Positions 15,845 through 27,800 of a stretch of DNA of 64,000 bases are shown piece by piece (within the stretch, counting starts at the first letter, position 1; each line of letters begins with the position of its first letter). This DNA is from Patescibacteria group bacterium (GTDB taxonomy: Bacteria; Patescibacteriota; Patescibacteriia; Patescibacteriales; BM507), in contig JAQIDC010000055.1 of assembly GCA_027858235.1 (NCBI GenBank), positions 29,826-93,825 of the forward strand, read 5' to 3'. The translations under genes and the position numbers were made by a program. Below the pieces are notes generated by a model. The model was not told the origin of the DNA. It was given only the letters and a program-made list of their open reading frames with translations, and did not search any database.

Positions 15845-18800
15845 TTAATATAATTGCCAATCATCAACGTCAAGCTTAACTGAAAAGTCATTTTGTCCAT
15901 TGTATACTGAGGCATATGCTCCATTAGGAATACCTATTCCCCAGAAAAGCTGATCGCTAATTTCACTAGAGTTAATTGGGTTTGGAGTTACTGTATTTAC
16001 ATCTGTTCCGATTGTTAAAAGATCTACTCCACTAGACCAAGTAAAATTACTCAGATCCCATTCTATATTTTTTGCCGGAATTGTCCCGGATGGGTTCCCA
16101 AACATATCAGTTCCAGACAAGGTAGTATCGATTGGTGAATTCCCTAGATTTACAATTGTGGTTGTAGCATTGTCAGTTCCAGAGTTTTCACCCACAAAAA
16201 GATTTGATCCAAAATCAATAATATCTTCATTCACATTTAGGGCTATTGTTGTATTTAGCTCTACCCCAGACGAGGAAGTGGCCGCATAAGAAGATCCGTC
16301 GTAAATACTAATATATGAAAGCCAATTATAAATTGACCAAGGATTGTTTTCAGAGTCATCCGTTGGAGCTGCAAAATATTCCAGGGTTGTACTACAGGTA
16401 TAGGAAGCGCTCGGGTCATCATCCCCGGTACAACCAGTTTTTGAACAAGATAGTGGATTTATCTGATAGCACACACTATCATTAGGAGTGCAATTAAATC
16501 CGCTGGCAACATCCGACATATATATTGCAGCAGATGCTCCAATTAAGCCAGCATCACATCCGTTTTGGTCTGTCACTGAAGCAAGAACAGTATTTATCGG
16601 AGTTCCTCCAGCTCCTTTCATATTAAGTGTTATAGCGGAACCGCTATTTAGAATCAATGAACCAAGAACTGGGGCAACGTTATTTATTGTATAGGTATTG
16701 GTTCTGAAATTATCTACTGATGCCAATCCATTACTGTCAAAAATAAAAGCATTGTAAGTGTAATCTCCTTGCAGAGTTGGAGCAGTGTCAGTAAATGAGC
16801 AAGAAACATTATCTGTTGTGGTTGCATAAGAACAAATTGTATCAGTAGGACCGCCTCCACAACCAGCTACCCCGGCTGTATTCCCAATACAAACATAAAA
16901 GGAAAGGATATCGTCTCCACCCAAAGTATCTGAATCATTTGATGTGCTTGTTATCGTGAAGCTTGACCCAGGGTCGTTATTGTTATCAGAAGTTATAACA
17001 GCAGAAAATACTGGTGGGTGATTTATTACAAATGGACTGTCATTGGCGCTAGCTGTTCCTGATCCCTGTGAAGAAAGAGAACATTTGGCATTTCCTACAC
17101 CAGCATATTTATCGCAGACAAAAGCAAACCATTCAAGTGATTCTGTGCTGGTGGCTGTGGTATAGGCACAAAAAGCTTCGTCTGTGCTTGAAGCCAAGTC
17201 CGAAACACACCATTCTCCTCCACGACAAATTGGAGGACCATCATTTCCTGATCGGATGCTATCAGTCTGACAAATTGCTAAATAATAATCATCTGTTTCA
17301 ATATCATCGGCAGTTGCTGTAAAAGTGACATCTTCTCCAAAATTTGTTGGAGTGTTGGTTGCTGAATTATTATCACTTGGATTGACCGTAAATGCTGGAG
17401 CAGTATTTGAAATACCGGCTAATGTTAACTCCGGATAAATATTATAGGAATCTAAGTCTGTTCCGGAATTCGTAACTCGAAAACAATAAGTTCCTGCCGT
17501 ATAGGCATCGACAGTTGCTCTAATGCTATATTCTAACTCAGTATATCTATTTTCGATTAAACTAATATTACCAGATGAATTTGAAGGGTCCTCCACCATC
17601 GTTCCAGCCACAAAAGTATATTCCTCAATATTAGATAGTTGTGCTGTTGTCGGATCACTATCAACAAAATTAGAGCTCGCTGCCATTTCCCATTCTTCTG
17701 TTGTTGCGCCAACTGGGATAGTCACCCATCCACCTGGGTCAGAAGAACAACCAGTTGTTGTATAGGCATATTCAATTTGATAATCATAATTTGATGCAGC
17801 GCCACCACCAATATTAGCTACCTCAATTCTCAGTCTAGTTGTGCTTCCAATCTCAAGAGCTATACCGGTTAAAGGGTCCCCATCATCTTCTAACTCTCTC
17901 CAAGTGGCCGTGGTCTCAGAACCATCATCATTTCTAAATCTATAATGAATTTGTTTAACATTTGGATCGGCTGGGGAAAAGCTAGTATTAAAATAATCTG
18001 AAGAAAATGTAGTTGATGATGCAACATCTTGATACACTCTCCAAAAAGTTTGATTGGAAACATTATAATGCTCTGTTAAAGCTGAATTAATACTTCCTGT
18101 TATGTCAAAATCCGTATTAACTGTACTGGTGGCGTTAGTAGAAACAGTTACCCAGGAATTTGTAGAACCAAAACGATAAACCTGCAAAATAACATCAGCA
18201 TCTGTTCCCGCTATACCAGACTGACCATTCCAAGTGACACTAATAGCGTCTGTATCGTTAGTATGCTTGGTGACAAAATTATAAATTGGATATTCTGAAC
18301 TAGTAGTAATGCTATCACGAACACCATTGTCAGAGGCGATGTCAGAATAACCGTTTGGATCTAGGTAATAAGTTAAATCACTTGAAGCAATTGGTAAACT
18401 GGCTATGCTTATTTTTGAATATTTAATAATTTCGGTAGCGATTGTTGAGAAAGTTAAATAAGAAGAATAATTATCCAATGCCTTATCCCCAGTTAAATTA
18501 TAAAGACGTAGACGATAAGTCTTTCCAGCGAGAGCATTGCTGGTTTCAAGGGCAAAAACAAACTCTGTATAGAAACCATTACCCAAAGTAAAGACTCCTG
18601 TCTGATCAGAGCCCTCATGCCAACTTCCATTTATCCAAGTATTGGCATTAAGGGCAGCTTTAGCAGAACTTATAAAATTTCCGTTGGAACCAGATAATCC
18701 TTGTGAATATGAAACTTGAGTTTCTGCCCCAACATTAACCCAAGTTCCAGGGCTGTCGGTTTGATTTTCGTATTGAATCTGATAAGTGGTATTTAGAGCA

Positions 18801-21800
18801 ACATCCCCCCCTGTATTCTCTAGTTGAAGTCGACCATTAAATCTTTCTCCTAAATTAATATTAGCCAAACTAGTATCAATTGCAGACGCTCCTGTATTTG
18901 CATTTACTGTTGCCCCATCATCATTTTCAATAATATATGAAGACTGCTCAAGATAAGGAGCTTGATTGGTGGTAATAGTGACTTGTGTTGAGCTTGCTCT
19001 ACTTCCGGCTAAATCATAAGCCCAGATATTTATATAATAAGTTGTATTAGCCTCGAGACTGTAAATCGTTGTATCACTGGCCCCGCTATAATTTATAGCA
19101 GACAAATTAGCGTCGGTATGTTCGGCATTGAGTTCACTAACTGGTGAAGTAGTTGAATAAAATATTTTATATTCGGAAAAATTAAGTTCAGTGGTTTGTG
19201 CACCAAAATTTAGAATAACACTACTGCTAGTTTTTGTCTGTTCTGTTAGAGCTCCTGGCGCTGTTGGTGGAGTAGCATCAACTTTAAAATTTGGAGTAGC
19301 TAGGTTATATTTAACCCAGTTGGAACACTTCGCTTGGTCATCACAAGCAATGACCTGCCATTTATATCCAGTCGCTGAATCTGGGACAGAAGGAATACTA
19401 ACTTTATCAGAAAATTTTGTGACAGAATAATCTCCAGCCGAGCTTGATGCTACAAACCAAATTCTTGAAGCACAACTTCCAAAAGCTGTCCCCCAGACGC
19501 AAGCGCTCCCAGGCTCCTGAGTGCTTAGTTCAAACGAAGAAGCGTTTGCTATCAATTGAATATAGAGACTAATCACTTCACTGGTATCTGGGTCATTGGC
19601 AGCTGCCTCAAGATAAACCTCATTTGTACTTGACCAATCTCCATTTGGAATAGTGGTGGTCGCGTCAGATTCATACTGAACTAAAAGAGTCGGAGTGGAT
19701 GGAGCAGAATTTCTTTTGGCGAATGAAAAACTTGTTGCATCATCGTCATAATCGCTCGGGGTAATTCCGGTCGCAATTGAAGTCCAAATTTGATTGGAAC
19801 TTGGATTGTCGGTACTATTGTAAAAACGACCATTAAAACCATCCCAAAATACGGCCGAATAATCACTAGTGCTATTTTGATAAATTGCAACAAACTCATC
19901 CTCGTTGGGATCAATGCCTGTTCTTACCCTTGACCAAGTTGCGGCAGATGATCCTGGGACAGCGGTGTCAGTAGCATCTAGAGAATTAGCGCTAGCATCT
20001 AGATTTCTATATTTTGGTGTAGCACTAGTGTTTTCATTCCAAAGAGCAACTGCGGAGTCTGCCGCATAGAAAACTAAATCATAGGGTTTTTGAGAATTGT
20101 TTGTATAAGAATAGGCGTTGCTGCCTGAAATGTTATCTCCATTTGTTGGAGTTGACCAAACAGGAGCCCCAGTTGAAATGTCGACTTCGTAAACATTTGC
20201 TTCTCCATTTTGGTCATCACCAATATAATAAGCCACGCCATCCGACTCGGGGTTGGAAGCAAATTCACCGTGAACAAAAGCCCCTGCCCAAGTTACAGGA
20301 CTTGTAGCCTCCGTTCCATAATTAATAGTTGTGTTTGTTACAACAAAATATTTTGCTTTTGTAGAAGCAGCCGTATCTGAATTTGAATAATTAAGAGCGC
20401 CCTTTGTGTTGTCGCTTGGATTAAAATAAGCCTCACCAACATAGTTTGCCAATTCTCCTTCTTCGCCTGAATGTTCTGTCCAGGTTGTCCAAGAATTTGC
20501 ATAAGTCGAACCACCGTAATAATACGCACTTCCCACATTTCCATAATAATTATGGCCAGCTGCTCTATGGTAATGATTATCAAAAGTCATGAGAACATAG
20601 TTGTCTGTCCCTGGTCTTCTTTCAAGTCTGCATCCATTCATGATTTCTCCTGGGTCTGGTCCGTTCGATTCTGTTGTCCAACCACTTGAGTTCCAGGAAT
20701 AAACCTGCGTTCCGTTTGTAGAATTATTATTTCTAAGCACAAAGAATTCGCTTTCAGAAAGAGAACCAAGACAAGCTGATAATTTATCAGCGTCTGTCGC
20801 AACTGCCGAAGCCGAACCAAGCTGAGACGTGTTAACAAAATCATCTGCAGCGTAACGATAAACTGTTCCCCACCATTCTTGGTTTGTTCCATCCCAAGTT
20901 TTCACTACTACTAAAATTTTGGCTCCATCATCTGAACGGATTGAGTCTATATGTCGGATGTTATCTCCAGATGCTGACCCAAGTGTTGGCCCAGTTTGCT
21001 CCGTGCTCCAAGCTGAACCATCCCAATATCTATAGAAAAGACTTTGCGTATTTTTGGTATAGAAAAATACCCCCGGGGTGGAAGATATCGGGTCGGTCGT
21101 AATAGCCACCTCTGTTGAGCTTGCCTTATTCCCCGCCTCATCATAAGCCCAAATATTTATATAGTATTGAGTATTTGAAAGAAGGTCAGAAATTGATGTG
21201 ATAGAGACGCTATTATAATCAATGAAAGATAGACTTGTGTCCGCGTGTTCAGCATCAGTCTCTGCTACCGGGGTTGTGGTTGAATAAAATATTTTATATT
21301 CAGTAAAATTGATTTCATCGGTTGATGTTCCAAAGGTCATCGTAATATTGGAACTATTTTTACTTGATTCGACTAATGCTCCTGGAGGTGAAGGTGCTGT
21401 ATCATCAACTTTAAAGTTTGGAATAACTGTATTGTAGGTGCTCCAATCACTAACACACCCTCCATCATCATCACACGCAAAAACTTGCCACTTATACCCT
21501 CCACTTGAATCTGGGATATCTGTTATGCTGGTCGTAGCATAAAAAGATGTAACGCTATAATTCCCTGGAGTGGAAGTTGAAGTAAACCAAATATTAGAAG
21601 CACAGGTCGTGTAATCAGTTCCCCAAACACATGCACCAGTCGGCTCAGTAGTCGCTGTTGTAAAAGTACCGCTTGAATCAATTAATTCAAAATAAATAGT
21701 TAAAATTTCTGAACTATCTTGATCATTGGCCCAAGCTGACAAATAAATATCATCGTTATTTATCCAAGCTCCATTTGTAATTAAAGTAGTTTCGTCATTC

Positions 21801-24800
21801 CAATATTGATCTCCAACCACTAAAGTGTTAGGAAGATAATTTGTTGTCACCACTAACTCAGTCGAACTAGCATTGTTCCCGTTATTATCGTAAGCCCAAA
21901 TATTAAAATAATAAGTAACTCCAGGAGTTAGCCCACTAATTGTTGTTGTAGCTGCAAAATTAAAATCAATATCTAGCAAATTAGAATCAATTTGTTCATC
22001 TCCATCTTCTGAAACAGGGCTTGTGGTAGCATAAAATATTTTATAATTTGCAAAATTATTTTCTTCTGTTTTTGCTCCAAAATTTAGAACAATACTTTCA
22101 CTATTTTTCTGATTTAGGGTAAGTGCTCCTGGGGCCGTTGGGTCCACAGTGTCAAGCAAGACTAGCTTTGTACTCGGAGTAGACTGGTCAGCGATACCAT
22201 CATTAATCGTTGACCTAATACAATAAGTTCCTTCCACATCTGGAACATCTGTTTTAGCAAGCCAATCAAAGGCAACATAGTTTTCTCCTGGTGCAGTCCA
22301 AATCCAACCAGTTGACGAACCTACTTGATAGACCAAGTTATTGTCAACTTTAGGGTCTCCATAGTCAGCAGAAGTATAGGCATCACGAGAATCAATTGTA
22401 GCTATATTAGGAGTAGTAAAATAACAAACCGCTCCTGCCACATACTCTATTTTGGCTCGCAAGGTATTGTCATTATCAGCATCATCAGCTTGTAGCAAAA
22501 TATCTACTGCTCCCGTACCATCTAATTTCTGGATTGTAGAAACCATAGAACCGGTTGGAATTGTAAATGAACTCGTGGTTGTTGTTGCTAGCTCAATAGT
22601 CGAGCTAGCGCTGTTGCCGGCCTTGTCGTATGCCCAAAGATTTATTACATAAGCAGTCCCAGCAGACAAACTCCCAATATCAACAGAAGGAGTTCCATTA
22701 TAATTTTGATAATCTAGAACGCTTGGGTTTAAATATTCCAAATCTAATTCAGTAACCCCCGACGAACCTTCTTTATAAAATACTTTATATTCTAGAAAAT
22801 TAATTTCAGTAGTTGATGCTCCAAGTCCAACCGTAATACTAGTTGGAGTAACACTTATGTCGGTCAAAGAACCAGGTGCTGTTGGCGGAATAGTATCAAT
22901 TTGAAAATTTGGATTCGCTCCTGGCACAACCCAAGTAGAACATTCTCCATCAGCATCGCATGAAAGAACTTGCCATTTATATGAACCGTCTGGAATGGCA
23001 GTAACACTGGTAGTTCCAATATAGGGATCATATCTGAAAAAATCTGGAGAGCTAGTTGCAACATACCAAATATATGAAGGGCAAGACTCATAGGCAGTTC
23101 CATAAACACAAGCTCCAACGGGAGTTGAAGTAGATGTTGTAAAGAAATTAGTATTGTCAATTACTTCATAATAAAGTGTAATTGTTTCAGCCACATCAGG
23201 GTCAGTTGCTTGCGCTACCAATTTAACATTATTTTCACTTATCCAGTTTTGATTGTTTATCACAGTAACTTCATCGTCTAAAAATTGTCCTAAATCCGTA
23301 GGAGTAGTTGGAGCAGTATTGGCTGGGGAAGTTGTCAATTTTGGATAGCCATCTGTATTGTAGTTTGTAAATATTGTATCGTCTGATTCTACCATTCGAA
23401 AACAATAATTTGCACTCGAGCTAGCATTGTTATCGTAAAGAACCCAGTCCCATTCAGCCAGCTCTCCTTTGGCGACATGATTAATCACAACAGCACTTGG
23501 ATTTTCTTCTTCGTATGTTTCTATTACAGTAGAAGATGCGAGTAGAGTCGACGAAGCAGAAACTCCATCAGAAACGCTCGGGTTGTTATAAGCCTCCCAG
23601 GCTTCACCGCTTCCAATATCTCCAACATCAGTCCAAGTTCCAACAGCTGTGCAATCAGCATCTTTTCCAAATTGTAATTTAAAACTCTTTGATGAAGTAG
23701 CCAAATCTTCTTTGCTTACCGCAACATTCATTCTCAATCTAAGAGTATCAGCTAAATAAACTTGAGAAATAGATGTATTTTCTAAGGCTTTGCTTGTAAG
23801 CGGAATTTCTGAATCAATATTCTCATACCAACGCCAATCATTTTGAGTAAACTCTGGAGGAGGAGGTGCGTACTGATATGTATAAGATAATATTCCATTC
23901 ATCTTGGCTCCTCCTGTTCCGCTCCCTACTCCATTATTTGAATAACAAGCTGTATACTGAGTACTATTAACCGCCAAAAGAGCAGAGGAAACATCCTTGT
24001 AAAAACGAGAAAATGCATTTGCGCTATCAACTCCTGTTAGATAAGTATTTGTACAAGTTGGTGTCGTAGTAGAAATATTTGCGTCCAGAGAAGCATTTGC
24101 ACCAGTTACAGTGCCCCCACTATCTGAAATCAAATAACTTGGTTCGAGATGTCCCCCTAGCATAGTCTTTGTTCCAACTATTTCTGGAGCCACTATTCTT
24201 GCTACAGTACTGGTTGATGATTGAGAATTTCCGTTTTCACTACTTTGACCAGCATATAAATTAATGTTACTTAAATATCCATTAGATTCATCTGTATAAA
24301 TATAGGTAATCATAAGCTCAGCAGAAACGCCCGCCTGACTGGCTGAACTATTGGTTGTGTTTACTGTAACAGTCTTTGGAGTAACACCGTTGGCGAGAGC
24401 AAGCTCAGCATAATCAGATGATGGGATAATATGATAAATGTCGAATGTTGGATTAACTGCCACTGGTGCAGGGTCGTAATTATAAACATAGTTTCCTGAC
24501 TGAAGATTTGTTCCAACCTGTGATGAAACTGTTACTGAACTTCCTCCGGCAACATAATTACTACTGACTATTCTAACCCAGGCATCTTTAATTGTAACTA
24601 CTCCACTTGATGCTCCGTTTTCAGGGAAATATACATCAGCTGAAGAATTTGAAAGAGCTGTGCTCGCCCCGTTATTTGTTACTCCTAGAGGAAATGAAAC
24701 CGTTCTTGTTTTTGTCGCCTCCGTACTTGAGGAAATATATGTCATTGCCACTTCCCCTCCCATTAAAAAATAATTGTAAGCAAGGGAAGAATTAGGATGC

Positions 24801-27800
24801 ATCTCTAGACTTTGGGCAACATTTGGAGTGAGCCCTGGAACAGACCCGAAGTAGTATGACAATGGCTTTGACTGAGAGCCGGCGTTTGCAACCTCATGAA
24901 TTACCGTAGCGGAATTAATATTATAAGTCTCAATATTTACATCGAAATCTATGTCATCAGACTTTGTAGAATTATTATGATCATTTACAATCTGTCCTAC
25001 GAACCAATCAGAAATACTTGAACCATATTCAGGAATATCCATTTGATAGGAAAAAGTTGGGCAGTCTGTATTTAGAGTACACCCGTTAGCTTGAGAGCTT
25101 AGTCTCGTTCCGCTGTGCCCCGCAACATCTGAATCAAGTGGGTAGTAAACTGTATTAGTAACATTACTTGTAACAGAATCATCGTAGACATAAGTTACTA
25201 CTAATTTAGCTGAAGCATAGGAGATGGAATTGGAGGCTCCTCCTCTTTCAATTCGATACCCAATTTGTCCTTCCATGTTTGCGCTCGCCCCAGCATATGC
25301 TGCCAACTGAGTTTCACTGGTGACGTCATAGAGTAATCTAATCTGATTTGATTCAGTTTCATCGTAAACCAAAACTGTATTCTCATCTTTTAAAATCCTA
25401 TTTGTTCCCGAGAATGCATCTGCTGTACAAGGCTCAACGCAAGTATCAAAAGCTAAATTATAACCACTATAATTTCCTGCATTATTTGTATAAGCCTCAA
25501 ACTGAGCCTCAAAAATTATATAGGCGTTTTTAATCTCTACATCAGACTCCCCTAGTAAAAAATTAAAGGTCGAAAAAGTATTATCTGTATCAGAATTATC
25601 ACCAGTAGATCCATTACCATAATTTATGCCTGCAAAGTATGTAACTGTTTTGGCTTTTCTTGGCTTTGCTTCTTGAGTAGCATAGCTCACTTCTGTGGAA
25701 CTCGCTTTATTCCCATAATCATCATAAGCCCAAATATTAAAAATATAGCTTGTTTCTGGCTCGAGGTCATTTACTCTTGTGGTGAGTGTTCCATTAAAAT
25801 TTAAGTCTAATAAATCTTCATCGCTGTGTTCAGAATCAGATTCAGTAACACCGCTAGTTCCTTCTTTGTAAAATATTTTATAATGACTAAAATTACTATC
25901 AGTTGTTGTTGCTCCAAAAGTTAAAGTAACACTTGTGTCAGTAGAAGTTGACAGAGAAAGTGCTCCTGGTGCATCCGGGGAAACATTGTCAATTAAAAGA
26001 GTTGATGTTGCTGAAATAGTTTGATTAGCATTGTCATCATTGGCAGTTACTTGAATACAATAAATTCCATCCGCAGCAGTAAGATCATCTTTCGTATCCC
26101 AGTCAAATAGAACTGAGTTTGATCCAGAGGCAGTTGTAACCCAACCAGTACTTGTTCCAACTTGATAAGTGCTAGAATTATCAATTATTACCGAATCGAA
26201 ATCAGCTGAAATATTTCCTGATGTTTCGTCCAAGGTCGGGTCTAGCGGCGTCCCAAAAGTACAGGCCGAGCCTGATTCATAGTCAATCCTAACTCGAACA
26301 TCATCATCATTCCCGTCATCAACTTCAATAGATATATCAACGATACCAGTAGCATCTGTTTTTTGAGCAACAGAATTAACTGAAGAAATTGGAGGAACTA
26401 ATTGAGCATTCGTTGTAGCCGTAACCTCCGTGGCCGCCGCTACTAAATTTCCATAATCATCATAAGCCCAAATATTAAAAACATACTGCGTGCTCGGAAA
26501 AAGGTCTGGAATATTTACAGTACTGGCCCCGTTATAATTAGCTAAATCCATGTCGGTATTTGTAAAAGATTCATCTGTAACTACAACTCCTGAAGATCCT
26601 TCTTTATAATAAATAATATACTTATCAAAATTTGTATCACTAGAGACGGCTCCAAAATTGAGAGTTACCGAAGTCCCATCAACTGAGTTGTTTGTCAGGG
26701 CCCCAGGTGTAGTTGGATTAACATTATCAACCGTAACAGTTTGAACAGCCGATGTTGTTTGGTCTACTGTTCCATCATTTGCTGTTAAGCGCAAACAATA
26801 ATCTCCATTCCCTGTTGAAACATCTGTTTGAGAGTCCCAATCAAACAAAACAGAATTAGTTCCGGAGGCTGTTTCGATCCAAGCTGTCGCATTACCGATT
26901 TGATAAATATTTGAGTTAAGAACATTAGGATCGCCAAAATCAGCACTAGTATCTCCATCAACCTCACTTAAGGTAGGATCAGCCGTAGTTCCGAAAGGAC
27001 AAGCCCCAGCAGAATATTCAATTTGAGCACTAACATTATCATCATCGGGGTCATCAATTTCTATCGAAACATCGACGACTCCACTGGCATCAGTTTTTTG
27101 AGCGGCACTATTAAAACTCCCTGTTGGGGGGTCATTTGGAACAGAATAATCAACTTGTATCCTCACCTGATCAACATATAATTCCCTAGGTTGACCATTG
27201 TTGGTGTTGCTGCCATAGATTCTTACATCTAGGTTTTGAATGTCAGACCAAGTCCAAGTTCCTGGAGCTTGAGCATCATTTGTTATATCAAAATAAAAAG
27301 TAGTTCCTGAATCAGTAGTCCCCATAGTAGCCCCTGTTAATGTTTGGGTAGATCCACTGGTGCTTCCACTAAACCTAGGAACAAGGTAGGCGCTAACGTC
27401 AGCAGATTCAGCATAAGCCTCAATTCCAATTTCGACACTATTTATAGTATATGTTTCAGAAGGAACTGAATTGGCATTTGCTTCTAAATAATTCGCAGAA
27501 TCATCAACATTTCTTCTCGGAATATCTCTCTTGGCATATGTACCATCAACCGAATCCCAAGCATTGGCAGAATTTATCCAACCAATACTTGTACCTCCAT
27601 CATATTCATAAACAGCATCAGAAGCTATTTGCCATTTCCTAGCCTCGAAAAATATTGTACTTCCTTTTTCATTGGCTACTTGAGCTGGTCCCAATAAAAA
27701 GAACTCTGGAGAAACATCAGGGGCATCAAAAACATATTTTAAATCATATGTTCCCCCAGACTGCCAATCAACTTCCCAAACAATTACTTTTTCATTCTCA

